Assembly: GCF_006345805.1 (NCBI RefSeq) | Contig: NC_043003.1 | Span: 113,646,001 to 113,710,000, forward strand | Direction of reading: 5' to 3' | Source of the DNA: Octopus sinensis | Taxonomy: Eukaryota | DNA: 64,000 nt | Part shown: piece after piece, positions 1-13,249 of the stretch | Layout: each line of letters opens with the position of its first letter | How positions within the stretch are numbered: position 1 is the first letter of the stretch | Program-made: the position numbers and the translations under genes | The notes under the pieces: model-generated | The model's input: only the letters and a program-made list of their open reading frames with translations | Database searches by the model: none | Told to the model about the DNA's origin: nothing

Positions 1-91
1 AGAGTGAATCCTCTGTTTCAAATGCACATATTTCCTGAAACTAACAGTAAAGCTAAAAGATATTAGATACGTGATATTAGATATGAGATAT

Positions 92-327
92 GGCAGCAAG
101 CTGGCAGAATCGTTAGCACGCGGGGCGAAATGCGTAGGCGTATTTCGTCTGCCGTTACATTCTGAGTTCAAATTCCGCCGAGGTCAACTTTGCCTTTCAT
201 CCTTTCGGGGTCGATAAATTAAGTAGCAGTTACGCATTGGGGTCGATCTAATCGACTTAATCTGTTTGTCTGTCCTTGTTTGTCCTCTCTCTGTTTAGCC
301 CCCTGTGGGTAGTACAGAAATAGGTAT
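92..327 (+). mobile_element. tRNA-derived SINE, family B, with 15-bp target-site duplication
   Basis: A-box-like AGCTGGCAGAATCGTTAG and B-box GAGTTCAAATTCC; TSD tattagatacgtgat at 61-75 and 325-339; homologous to copies at 40997 and 57703. Confidence 0.85.
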
Positions 328-599
328 TAGATACGTGATGGCTGCAGAAAGAGAAACTGTGGTTTTGGATTCTCTAAAAATAAACCCTTTGTTCAGTTTA
401 TAAATGCAGTGTTAGCTGCATCTTTTCCAATATAAATTCTGACTTCTCATCTCCTACTTCATATGGTCATCTGTTGTGCCTTCTTTTATCCTTTCTCCTA
501 TGTGTTCATCTTCAGCATCTTATTTTCGGTGGGGTGGGTGGAGGTGCAAGGCAGCAGACTATTGCAGTTTCCCAAATTGCTTGTTAGGATCGAATTAAG

Positions 600-1250
600 G
601 ATGTGCTGAGGGATAGCATTGATATCTTCACAATCATAAGCTTAAGGCCACCCTGGGCACTCAGTACAATAAGAGTCGCAGCCAGCTCTGTTACGGTCAA
701 CGTGTGTACAGTTCAGTGGTGGCAGCAGTTTCTCTTTCTGTCCAAACAGATTGACTGTGACCATAGCAGCATCGGAGTTTCCTAAACGTTTCTCGGTATT
801 GTCACTGATAACAGATTCAGGAGCACTGGCAAATAGCAGATCCAGCGTGTTATTTACGCATTGTTGGGAGTTCAAATCCATCCATTAGTCATTTTTGGCC
901 AGTGATAGGTTTCAGGATCAGACTATAAGTAAATGAAATCGCCAACATTGATATAAGGGGTTTCAAAGATGCAGTTCTGGAGATATCAAAAAAGAGCAGT
1001 GTGTGTGTGTGTGTTGATAGTCATTTGAGGAACAGTAATCAACTCCAATTAGAAGTGTTGACATACTGGTGTGCGTAAGTTGTTGTTGCAACTGGTTCAA
1101 ATCATCCTGAAGAACTGCTGAAAAGATTGTGCAGACAATCACCCACCATACTGTTATACACACAGTGATCAAAGTGGTCTTTGTGAAATAAGTTGGAGCC
1201 AGCCATGCTAAAAACACTTTTGAAGAATAAAGAACAGGCCCTGGTAGGTT
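600..1250 (-). mobile_element. Decayed LINE APE-endonuclease fragment (CR1/L2-like)
   Basis: Translates to PT..NNTLDLLFAS...LGNSDAAMVTV (TLDL and SDH motifs of APE) and an upstream DDLNQL (GDFN-like); frameshifted. Confidence 0.55.
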
Positions 1251-1473
1251 TTTGTGACTGTAAGGAAATCAAGGTTCATACTTTTTTATGCAAAATTCAA
1301 AAAGATGGACCTTGCTGTATGAACAGCAGGCATTTAAAATCTAAAAATGGATTCAAGCCAGTCACAATTCACAGGGGGACATCATATTGCTCTTCTTAGT
1401 TTCCTGGAGCTTTTTCATTGCTGTCTATTTGTAGTTAAATATCCTCAGACCACTTAACATTTCTCTTCCATAT

Positions 1474-1536
<63 letters not shown>

Positions 1537-1909
1537 AGAGATCTGAAATTTAAAAATAAAGCATAAAAATATAAAACTAACAGTAACGCTAAAGATATTA
1601 GATACATGGTGGCTGCAGAAAGAGAAATTGTGGTTTTAGATTATCTAGAAATAAGCCCTTTGTTCAGTTTATATATTTTCTAATTTGAAAAACAAATCAT
1701 CTTTTATGCACTGTAAGATACGGCCCATATTAGAAGGAAGTAACTTACTGACTCCAAAACGATAACTGAATTACTGAGAGAACAATTCCAAAGAATTTCA
1801 TTTCCTCACTAGAACATATGGAAATAAATAAGCTAGATGAGTTCTTGGTCAGAATTTCATCTGAGAAAGATGGAATATTAACCATAGAATAGATGAGATA
1901 CAATTCAGA

Positions 1910-2095
1910 AGGTTATGGCTGTGTGGTTAGGGAGCTTGCTTCCTAGCTACATGGTTTCGGGTTCAGTCCTACTGCCTGGCACTTTTGGGCAGGTGTCTTC
2001 CACTATAGCCCTGAGTCGACCGAAGCTTTGTGATTGAATTCGGTAGGCAGAAGTTACTGCCGTGTGTGTATATGTGTGTGTAGGTGCTCAGTGCC
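1910..2095 (+). mobile_element. SINE family A, diverged 5' part
   Basis: ggctgtgtggttag...gggttcagtcc...gggcaggtgtcttccactatagcc aligns with the copy at 2631. Confidence 0.7.
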
Positions 2096-2630
2096 TCTCT
2101 GAAAGAGAGAGAGGGTATGAATACTCTGATAAATCCTTTACTGACCCTTTTCCAGAGCTTCTGTGCTTATGGTTAACTTCCAGTACAGTGAAAGATGGGA
2201 TAGAAAGCCCCATCGGTAAAGGGAGAAGCACAACAGATGCTGAAAACAACAAAAGCCTGTATTTTTGATTTCACACTTCAGCAAAGTTACAGAATGAAAG
2301 GCCAGAAGGGGAAGCTGATATATTTTGTAGAAGAAAATCACTTGCTTACTGCTATGCAGTATAGTAACCATCTAGGAAGGGACTACGTTACACAGCTTTT
2401 GTGGTATTATGACTAGGTATTGAAACAGCATCTCCGTCATTCGAATGTGCAAAAGCCATGGAATGACATGAAATCAACTAAATGTCAGTGGCACCTTCTC
2501 AAAAATTTCATTTATTCTAAGTGGAATCTCTTACAGAACTGTACTGGAGCCAGTTTACTTTGCAGTCACTTTCTCAGATGTGGCTTCAGTCGTATTTACA
2601 GCCAATTTTTTTCTTTTTACAAGCAAAATA

Positions 2631-3040
2631 GGCGCAGGAGTGGCTGTGTGGTAAGTAGCTTGCTAACCAACCACATGGTTCCGGGTTCAGTCCCACTGCG
2701 TGGCATCTTGGGCAAGTGTCTTCTACTATAGCCCCGGGCCGACCAATACCTTGTGAGTGGATTTGGTAGATGGAAACTGAAAGAAGCCCATCGTATATAT
2801 GTATATGTATATATATATATGCGTGTGTGTGTTTGTGTATCTGTGTTTGTCCCCCTAGCATTGCTTGACAACCGATGCTGGTGTGTTTACGTCCCCATCA
2901 CTTAGTGGTTCGGCAAAAGAGACCGATAGAATAAGTACTGGGCTTACAAAGAATAAGTCCCGGGGTCGATTTGCTCGACTAAAGGCAGTGCTCCAGCATG
3001 ACCGCAGTCAAATGACTGAAAAGAGTAAAAGAGTAAGAGT
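2631..3040 (+). mobile_element. tRNA-derived SINE, family A (internal TA/TG microsatellite, (AAGAGT)n tail)
   Basis: A-box TGGCTGTGTGGTAAG, B-box GGTTCAGTCCC and CORE-like cttgggcaagt; at least seven further copies in the window. Confidence 0.9.
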
Positions 3041-4135
3041 AAATCACAGACAATCAAAGATTATCATAAACTTACTGCAAAACTTAAAAGCAATATAGAA
3101 GTGAGCTCCAGCAATGTTAGAAAATTTCAAGCATTCTTTTATCAGTCAATTAATTTGTTGCAGTCAGGAGACAGAGGACCAGAAGTGATTGCAAACTTAG
3201 ATTTACAATCAGTGTGTCACCTTGGAATCAATATGAGTAACGATTCTATGTGTATCTTTCCATGATGACATTAATGGCAGTAACTTAGCATAGTCGTATC
3301 CTAGCAGGTTGAAACAAGTAAAATATAAAAAAAAAAGACCACACACACACACAATGATCTAGAAATAAAAGTTATATAAAAATATACACTGCTTTCAATA
3401 CAAAACATTCAAAGTGAAAATTTCCAATGTACATAAAATTGTTTATTTCATAAATATTATCACTACAGCTATTAATATATTTTCACTTAGAATCTGAAAG
3501 TAATCTCGTCATGACTATTAGTGTTAAAGGAAATATGACAAAAAACCCCCCCAAAAAAACCAAAAAAAAAACATAAATAAATAACTATTAGAAAACAAGC
3601 TCATGTTGGTTTTCTCCTATGAATAGGGGAACCGTGCAATTAGTTCCATATTAACTCATTTTAATATACGAGATAGACATCTGAGTGCTATAGATTTATT
3701 AGCTAACATTATATAGGAAGTGTAACTTTCAGGATTTTAGCTGAACACCAGTGCTGTCAACATTAAGATAAACACAGTCAATAACCGACCCATTACAAAT
3801 AGTTATCAATGAGTTAGGTGTGTGTCAAACTGCAGACCGTTGTATTGATGGTTCAGATTCTGTCACTGCAATATGATGAAGCATCTATACAACAGTTAAC
3901 TTCCACCACAATCTAAATTGCTGCAAATAGCTGTAGTGAGTAAGGAGAGAGAGAGAGAGAGAGAGAGAGAGCACATTGTAAGATTAATAAGCGTTTTGTT
4001 AGTTTGCAGTGATGATGTTTAAGTGCATAGAGTGGATTTTAGATGAGTGAAAATTCCTTAAATGAAGTATTGACAGTAAAAACATTCAAAATGGAAAAAA
4101 GAAAAAGTTGAATAATATTAAATTTGAATACATAC

Positions 4136-4350
4136 CTGCAAAATAGGCTACACAGGCAAGTAAAGCGACCGAGATGATAAGCAGGAGCAAGGCCATACAC
4201 TTCCAACTGCAGCGTTGCTTTAACTGTTTCTTAACCCGATGGCTGGCGTTGCTAAATTTGGAATAACATACTGTATAGTCCTGAGGTGGTGGAGGGTATG
4301 TTGTCACCGTTGTCGCTGTGGCAGCAAACTGGGGGAACGTGTAAGTGTGT
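4136..4350 (-). CDS. Ten-m: Teneurin-like gene, exon encoding the juxtamembrane region and type II transmembrane helix
   Basis: Acceptor gttgcag|A at 4350 (phase 2) and donor GCA G|gtatg at 4136 (phase 1); 215 nt. Translation HTYTFPQF...ASHRVKKQLKQRCSWKCMALLLLIISVALLACVAYFA has a basic stretch, the C-x-W-K-C motif and a hydrophobic helix ending AYF, as in teneurin TM exons. Ten-m versus Ten-a paralog cannot be resolved. Confidence 0.85.
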
Positions 4351-5109
4351 CTGCAACAACAACAACAATGACAACAACCGGAAGAGGGGGGAGTGGGTGG
4401 GCCACAGAGCCAGAAAGAGGAGATTGAAAGAGTAAGATCAAACAGTTTCACAGGGAAAGAAAGTACAAAAAGAAACGAACAAAGTACCAAGAAAATAAAA
4501 AGTTGGGATATAAAACTGATTCTAAAGGGTGATTAATTAAGGAGAAAGGTAATAAAGGGGACTAGTGGTGATAGATGTTTGCCAATGATAGCAAAGGTGA
4601 GAGTCAGAATGGAACAGCAAATAATATAAGAACACAACTAAGATAGAGATAGAGCACTAAGTAAGCTTAAGGAAAAAGTTACTAATACAATATCTTTAAC
4701 TTATTTTTGGTTTATTGAGTCCTCTGTCAGCATATTGTCACTACCCATTGTTGCCATGGTTACAAACAGTACTTTCACTTAAAATCCTTTACCCATTCTC
4801 AAATACATAAGTTTTGAGAATAGTATTATATGAGGGCTGCTAAGTAAAGAATTTTAGATTTACCTCATAATGATAAAAATCAAAATATAAAAGATTTACT
4901 TAAATATGAAAAGAAGACAGCAATTAGGATTATAGAAATAGCTAAGGGTAATTGTTATTCTATTTACCAAACTATTTACCTGCTTCTAACTATAAAACAT
5001 CAAATGGCCCACACCTAAGACCCTTATTTTGCATTCATATTAATGAAGACATCCTTCTTCGGATGGTGTTATGATTTTTCTTTTTTAGTTTTATTGTAAA
5101 TTTTCTTTT

Positions 5110-5480
5110 TAAGCTTCATTTCATATCCTTGCTCGGTGAAGCCGGGGGTGGTCCCAAAGACATCATTATGCATAGAGCCAACCAGTGCTCTCCATTGCTG
5201 GTGGGCCTATGCCAGCACCTCTGCATTCTCCAGCCACCTAGTGTGGGGCCTGTTGCAAGGCCTCTTCCAGCCCCAAAGCTATTGTGGCAAATGAGAGTAA
5301 AGCCCCCGCTGGATGATCTAGTGGGAGACAGAGAACATGTCTGTGTCAGTGTATGTGACACATAGTAATGAGACACGAGGTTCTTTGTTGAACCGTCTGA
5401 TGTTTTCAATGGTGCTCAGGGCTCTGCTACTGAAGTTGCTGATCCTCTTTGCCAGGGTCTTTGCGAGGGGCCACATATCT
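5110..5480 (-). mobile_element. RTE-clade LINE 3' ORF remnant
   Basis: MWPLAKTLAKRISNFSSRALSTI...WKRPCNRPHTRWLE...QQWRALV resembles the RTE C-terminal ETW..., GRPxxRWxD and WR motifs; stops present. Confidence 0.65.
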
Positions 5481-6911
5481 GTTCTATGTATAATTCATTG
5501 TAACTCAAAAATCATATAATGTACCTATATGTATAATTATACTCGTAGAATAAAATCAATAAAAATATATTAAAACATCACACATGTGCATATATTTATA
5601 TGCAAATGCAGATATAGATGCGCAACAGGATAAGGCTTGAAATCAAACTAAGAAAATTTGCCGTAGAAGGATCAAGTTCATAGAAATTAGATCCAATCGA
5701 TTGAAAATGTCTGAATGTACTTATTTTTTGTCATTTATTAACTGTGAAATGAATAAGCATCATTAAGATTTTGATAAAATTAAAAGCCACATCACAGTGA
5801 TGAAATTAAATGTTTTAGCTCATGAATATTGAACTAAACTACCTCAATATTACAATTTAAATTAAATCCTAACCTAATTCATTATAGCAATTATGGTTAA
5901 TAGGGTCAAATGACCAAGCTAAATGAAACTAAATAATCTATTATTAGGTTCTTCTGGTTACGTAAAATCTGTACTTAAAATAAATGGGGCTAGCTTTCAT
6001 GCGAAATGAGAAAAAATAACTACAAAAAAATAAATAAATAAATAAAATGCTCTACAACTCCAGAAGAACCCATAGAAAATAAAACCTCCTGCTACTGCTA
6101 TAGATGAAAGGAGAAAATACAATAACGGTATTATCTGAAATTCTGTAAAATAAAAATGAGAATCACTCTGTTCAATTCAATTAGTTTTTGCCAATCTATG
6201 TAATGCAGTAACAACATACTCTGAGATTTGAAGAATAGAGTAAAGCAGATGGGTTGACATTAATGCAAAAAGTAGATAAATATTTGAGCAAGTTGCAAAT
6301 GTAAGTTTGATCTCAACATTTGAAATTGCAGAATACCACTAAAAAATTTAGAGAGAATTTATGGACTCGTATTTGGGTAGAGTGTCGCAGAGTTATGTGG
6401 ACAGAAGATAAACATTCTACCAGAAGGTAAAACACCCAGACGAGTATTCTCCTCAAAAGCTAGGTGAAAGTGAGGCCAATATAGCAAAATAATTCTACTC
6501 ATAATATATTGAATCTTAAAACAATCTGTCAATTTTGGATCTAAAATCAGGTATCACTGAAGCAGAAAAATTTAGAGCTTATGAACATGGATGTGCGGAA
6601 AAAATTTGCTAAATAAAAGAAAATGATGGGAGTATAACAAGGGGAAAGTACATGTAGAGAAAAATATGAAGAGGGAGGTTTTGTAGCATTGGTATTTATT
6701 TGGAAGTCTTAGTTTAAAAAAATAAAGAAGCTAGTGTGAAATAAGGGTGTAGATTTATTATCGGTAGAATGCAATTTATATTAATCTAATAATAGTTTGT
6801 ACTATTGTATGGAAGTGCTGCTTGACAGCTAGAATTTAGAATGATGAAATGAAAGGAAGAGAAAGAAAGACAAATATCTACTCGGCTGTAGGACATTGTT
6901 GATCATCAAAA

Positions 6912-6947
<36 letters not shown>

Positions 6948-7336
6948 GTGTGTGTGTTCAAGGAAAGGATATGTGTGGGAGTATTGTGGTTATAAATAAA
7001 TATAAGAATGCAAATAAAAACAAAAATATACAGGGAAGGATGTGAAACAAAAAATACATGGGAAGAATCATAGTTAAAACATAATTTGTGGGGATAAAAA
7101 ACAAATCAAACAACATCAATATATATAAATTCTTCAGATAAATTGACTACAGAAATAATTCAAAGTTCTTCAGATTATCAACTTCATCTTCAATTATTGC
7201 ATTAAAAATAAAGGTTCTTAGTTAAACCAACACTTGGGAACATTTGTGTGTGGGTGTGTTTGTGTAAGTAAGGGAGAATGTGCTATACTGTATGTATGTT
7301 ATATATATATATATGTGTGTGTGTGTGTATGTATGT

Positions 7337-7393
<57 letters not shown>

Positions 7394-7638
7394 ATATATA
7401 TATATAATCATTAAGCATCCATTTTCCATGCTGTCATGAGTTGGACAGTTTGACAGGATCTGCTGAGCCACAGGACTAGATGAAACTTCAGTGGCAGCTT
7501 TTGGTATGGTTTCTTTTTTCATGCCGCCACTGGCATTGGTGAGGTTGCCAAGTAACTGGCATGTAAACAAGGGTAAAATACACACATCTATTTATATACA
7601 TATATGTATACTTTATTTTAAGCTGCAGAAAATTCAAC

Positions 7639-7686
7639 AAAACCTGTTACTCTGAGTTTCACGTTCCCGTTCGTCGGACAATTTTT
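7639..7686 (-). ncRNA. Minimal type I hammerhead ribozyme motif, core variant CCGACGA (U4C)
   Basis: Minus strand reads aaaaattgt-CCGACGA-ACG ggaa CGT-GAAA-CTC A GAG-TA|-ACAGGTTTT; inverted copy of the motif at 7688-7734. Confidence 0.65.
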
Positions 7687-7687
7687 G

Positions 7688-7734
7688 AAAACTGTCTGAT
7701 GAACGGGAACGTGAAACTCAGAGTAACAGGTTTT
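7688..7734 (+). ncRNA. Minimal type I hammerhead ribozyme (Penelope-pLTR type)
   Basis: Stem I AAAA-CTGT/ACAG-G-TTTT; core CTGATGA 7696-7702; stem II ACG-ggaa-CGT; GAAA 7713-7716; palindromic helix III ACTC-A-GAGT; GUA cleavage triplet with cut after 7725. Confidence 0.8.
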
Positions 7735-9481
7735 GTTGAATTTTCTGCTGCTTTAAATAAAGCATATTACTCTACCACTGGTATTTGAGTACTCTTTTTT
7801 CCACCTTGTTTCACATTTATGTGTTTACTCCGGTATATATATGTATATACAGGTGTGTGTGTGTGTGTGTGTATTTTGTGTGTGTGTGTGTGTATTTTGT
7901 ATGTGTTTGTGTGTGTGTGCGAGAGAGAGAGAAAGAGAGGGTAAGTGAGTGAGTGAAAATAAAGTTTTCCTAAAGATGAATCCACTGATTAGAATGTAAT
8001 AATCTGGAAACCCAAGAGTTAAAGTTAATAATCTGGAACATTTAAAGTACTTCTGAAGTTCATTCAACACACACACACACACACATATATATATCCACCC
8101 ACTGAAACATACAGCTTGCTATACTGACATACATGTTTGAAAATAAATATAACTACAGCACAGTCGACAGAGAGGCACACATATTCAAATACATGAAGAG
8201 ACATCCTTTTTCTTCCTCTTGTATAAAAAAACATAAACAAAACACATTCAACACTAATTGAATTGATATTATGAACGTTAGCAACAGGTGAATAAATGTC
8301 ATCAATAAATGATAGAATATAAGCAAATCTACAAACACACACACACACACGTGTGTGTTTGTAGGAATGTCAATATTTGAATGTGTGTGTGTGTGAGCGC
8401 GTATGCATGTGTGTGTGTATATATATATACATGCACAAATGCAAACGCCCATCTGCTAAATTAGAACAATAGTTACAAGTCTTAAACAGCAAACAATATC
8501 ATGATAATCCTCATCCACTCCATCAACACACCCATGATCAACATCATCATCATCATCATTGCTGTTACCAGCAACATCTTATAAACCAACAACAAATACT
8601 TGTTAGAGAAACATGACAAAACAAAAAAAAAACCCCCAAAAAAAACAGAAACTTAGATGATGTTGCCGTTACCAGTGACAATAAAGCTAGTTATGCTAAT
8701 GAGAACAATGATGCTAACCAACAAAGACTAGAAAACAGCAGGATGCTGGAAACAGCAGGATACCATTAATGAGTTAACTCTAAGGTGAGATTATCATGCA
8801 AATAATAAATGGAAAGAAACAATAGCAGGAATAAAGATAGCAGAAAGAATGATGGAAAGGCAAGGGAAATTAATATCAATAGTAACAAGAATTGTCACAG
8901 AATCAGCAGCTATTATGGTAATGAAAATATCCATAATATCCAGAATATTAATGATAATAATGTTTTAAAATGTGGTGAATGCCAAAAATATCTTCTTTAA
9001 ACAAAAATAAGTGTTTCTACTTTCGACACAAACAATTTGAAGGAAATGGTTTTAGCCATTCAAATGAGTCTCATTATTTTGCTGGAACTTTATTTTGTCG
9101 ACCCTGGGAGATGGAAGGTAAAGTTGGTCTCAGTGAGATTTGAATCCAACACAAACTGCAACAAATCCCACTAAGTGGTTTATCCCAGTTCAGTCGATCT
9201 CCCATCCTAACAACGACGACGACGACAACAACAAACATGATAATAATAATGATTTCGTTTATTTGCTACCAGGGCGAAGGATGTGAGGGACATTACAAAG
9301 ACAGACATAAAGTGTGGGAAGTTACTTGTAATGAAATGATAAAATGATTATAAGAAAACCGTAAGTTTACGCAGCATACAATGAAAAAGAAGGGACATAT
9401 ACACTGTATACAAAGGCGACTGAAATTCTGTAAATAGAATTATAAGCCTTCACAGTATATTGACTGTAGAAAATTGTTTAA

Positions 9482-9702
9482 CCCTTTTGTTACCATATTT
9501 CTGTTGAGAAGCTCTCTATTTCTTTCAATTAATTTAAATATAACAAAGAATTTAGTAAAATAACTTAGTTTTCATTCAGCTGGTGTTAGGAACATAAAAT
9601 GTGATTTAGGTTTGGTGGAAGATTTTAATTCAGAACTTTTGAAAACAAGACATTTGTAGTACAGAGCCAGAGGCGGTTTCAGGCAGGTTGGTATCAAAAG
9701 GG
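9482..9702. mobile_element. piggyBac-type MITE, family 1
   Basis: TTAA|CCCTTTT...AAAAGGG|TTAA; inverted homolog at 49221-49440. Confidence 0.8.
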
Positions 9703-9896
9703 TTAAGATTAGGGCATATAAGCCCCTGTAATGGAAAGGAATGGGCATTAGTGTGTGTATCCTGTAAGGATAGCATCCTTCTAGAAGAGGAACCATGTGA
9801 TGTAAAACTTCTGGGTTTCACTTGGCTGTTGGTCATCTTACTCCAGTCTGTCATTAGGTACTAATCTCAGACTCAGTGGGCGGTACGCATATGTAT

Positions 9897-9941
<45 letters not shown>

Positions 9942-10519
9942 GGGAGAGAAAGTGAGAGAGAGAGAGAGAGTGAGAGAAAGTATCTGACAAAGCCATCAAA
10001 ACATAAGGGTGAAAAGATGTGAGTATGAAAGTAGAAACTATTGTAATAATAATGAAGAGAGGTGTTAGGACTCGGGGAAAACATAAATGTAGAAGCAAAA
10101 TGAAAGCCCAAGGCACACGAGTTTTACACTCACAGCAGAAAAATTACCAAAACCATAGCATACATCAAATACAGGGCACTTTGCATAGACTGAATACATG
10201 AAACTCTTTCAATATATAAAAGTGATTACATTGGAGCCAGAAGGCACTAAACATAGATCTAGGTATAAAAGACAAAAAGTAAAATAATAGAAAGTAAAAC
10301 ATACAAACATTCGTAACAACACTTGTAATGTAAATTTTATTATATCACACTAACGCCATTTGCTAATATATTTTATCCCTATTTCAATAGGATGCTTCTC
10401 CCTCATCTTCAATCTTTGCAGTCAATATAAAAGAAGAAGAAATAAAATCTATAATAGTTTTTACTGCAAGGTACTTATTATATTCTGCACCTCCTCTTTT
10501 CACATCTCTCTCTCTATAC

Positions 10520-10616
10520 ACACACACACACATATATATATACATACAATATATATACATATATATACATACAAATATATATATATATATACATATATAT
10601 ACATAAAAATATATAC

Positions 10617-10647
<31 letters not shown>

Positions 10648-11348
10648 ATACAAATATATACATACAAATATATATATTATATATATATATATATATACAT
10701 ACAAATTATATATATATACATATATATACATACAAATATATATATATACATATATATACATACAAATATATATATATACATATATATACATACAAATATA
10801 TATATATACATATATATACATACAAATAATATATTATACATATATATACATACAAATATATATATATATACATATATATATATATTACATACAAATATAT
10901 ATATATATACATATATATACATACATATATATATATATACATACAAATATATATACATATATATACATACAAATATATATATATACATATATATACATAC
11001 AAATATATATATATATATATATACATATATATATACATACAAATATTATATATATATATACAATATATATACATATACATATACATACAAATATATATAT
11101 ACATATACATACAAATATATATACATACAAATATATATATACATATAATACATACAAAATATATATATATATATATACATATATATAACATACAAATATA
11201 TATATATAATATACATATATATATATATATATAATATATATATACATATACATACAAATATATATATACATATACATACAATATATATACATACAAATAT
11301 ATATATATACATATATTACATACAAATATATATACATATACATATATA
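10520..11348. repeat. (TA)n/(TACA)-based compound microsatellite, recurring unit atatatacatacaaat
   Basis: Directly visible; source of the YI/HT-repeat ORFs. Confidence 0.95.
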
Positions 11349-12560
11349 TCATCATCATCATCATCATCATTTAGCGTCCGTTTTCCATGCTAGCATGGGT
11401 TGGACGGTTCAACTGGGTTCTGGCAGTGTTTCTACAGCTGGATGCCCTTCCTAACGCCAACCACTCCGAGAGTGTAGTGGGTGATTTTATGTGCCACCGA
11501 CACAGGTGCCAGACGAGGCTGGCGAACGGCCACGCTCGGATGGTGTTTTTATGTGCCACCGACACAGGTGCCAGACGAGGCTGGCAGACGGCCACGCTCG
11601 GATGGTGTTTTTATGTGCCACCGACACAGGTGCCAGATGAGGCTGGCAGGTGCCAGACGAGGCTGGCAGACGGCCACGCTCGGATGGTGTTTTTATGTGC
11701 CACCGACACAGGTGCCAGATGAGGCTGGCGGACGGCCACGATCGGATGGTGTTTGTTACGTCCCCAAAGCACGGAGGCCAGTCTATGCGGTACTGGCTAC
11801 GGCCACGTTCGGATGATTTTCTTGTGTGCCACCGGCACTGGTACCACAAAGATACAAATTCCATTTATGTTCATCTATTTGATTTGTTTTGATTTGATTT
11901 GATTTTCACTTGCCTCAACAGGTCTTCACAAGTGTCACTTGCCTCAACAGGTCTTCACAAGTGTCACAAGAAGGAAGGTATGCACAGGTGGACTGTCTAC
12001 GTCGCGGGTCTTCGGATGGTGTCTTTATGTGCCACCGACACAGGTGCCAGATGAGGCTGGCGGACGGCCACGATCGGATGGTTTTCTTGTGTGCCACCGG
12101 TACTGGAACCACAAAGATACAAATTCCATTGATGTTCATCTATTTGATTGGTTTGATTTTCACTTGCCTCAACAGGTCTTCACAAGTGTCACGCGTGTCA
12201 CACACTTGCCTCAACAGGTCTCCACAAGTGTCACACACTTGCCTCTGCCTCAACAGGTCTTCACAAGTGTCACACACTTGCCTCTGCCTCAACAGGTCTT
12301 CACAAGTGTCATAAGAGGGAAGGTATGCACAGGTGGACTGACTACGTCGCCGGGTCTTTGGATGGTGTTTTTATGTGCCACCGACACAGGTGCCAGGTGA
12401 GGCTGGCGAACGGCCACGATCAGATGGTGTTTGTTGTGCCCACAGCACGGAGGCCAGTCGATGCGGTACCAGCTACGGCCACTTCGGATGGTTTTCTTGT
12501 GTGCCACCGGTACTGGAACCACAAAGATACAAATTCCATTGATATTCATCTATTTTGATT
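11349..12560 (-). mobile_element. RTE-tailed non-autonomous element with internally amplified ~58-bp and ~30-bp tandem units (copy 1)
   Basis: (TCA)n then tttagcgtccgttttccatgctagcatggg, the reverse of the 3' end shared with the RTE at 26740-27750; tandem units gtgccaccgacacaggtgccag... and cacttgcctcaacaggtcttcacaagtgtca. Confidence 0.75.
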
Positions 12561-12648
12561 TGGTTTGATACATACAAATATATATATATACAAATATATA
12601 TACATACAAATATATATATATACAAATATATATATAAGGTATATATAT

Positions 12649-12683
<35 letters not shown>

Positions 12684-12949
12684 TCTGTCTGCCTCTATCT
12701 CTCTCCTTTGAATTTTTCCAAAACATTTCCCTATAATGGGTTTTACTGTTAATTTACTTGCAGCTAAGCTTGCTATTCTCATCGTCATTCATTTCTCCAA
12801 TCTTTCTCTTTTTATACTTTCTCTCGGGCCCCACTTTTCATTTACACATTCCCAAAATATGCTGCATCACTACACATGTTTTATTTCCATATTTTCAGCA
12901 TCTGTCTGCCTGTCCCCTGCTCTCTCTCTCTTCCTCACACTCTTTCTCA

Positions 12950-13217
12950 TTATATATATATTTATATATATATATATATATACATATAATATATATACAT
13001 ACAAATATATATATATATATATATATACATACATATATATATATATACATACAATATATATATTATATATACATATATATACATACAATATATATATATA
13101 CATATATATACATACAAATAATATATATACATATATATATACATACAAATATATATATATACATATATATACATACAAATATATATATATATATACATAT
13201 AATATATATACATACAA

Positions 13218-13249
<32 letters not shown>

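Larger units (their letters stand above)
7609..7810. mobile_element. Inverted (tail-to-tail) pLTR-like remnant, probably from a Penelope-like element
   Basis: About 70-bp near-perfect inverted repeat (7609-7680 / 7693-7766), each arm carrying a minimal hammerhead; the right arm runs on unpaired to ~7810. Inverted pLTRs with minimal hammerheads are typical of Penelope-like elements. Confidence 0.6.

Noticed and set aside
642-881. 79-aa ORF as the next teneurin exon
   Set aside because: Carries LINE endonuclease motifs (TLDL, SD) and has no fitting splice sites.
3780-3945. Possible first extracellular teneurin exon after the (CT)n tract
   Set aside because: Every AG tested gives an early stop in phase 1, and there is no good donor.
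11905-12310. ~30-bp direct repeats resembling a CRISPR array
   Set aside because: Units are head-to-tail with no unique spacers, there are no cas genes, and the context is eukaryotic.
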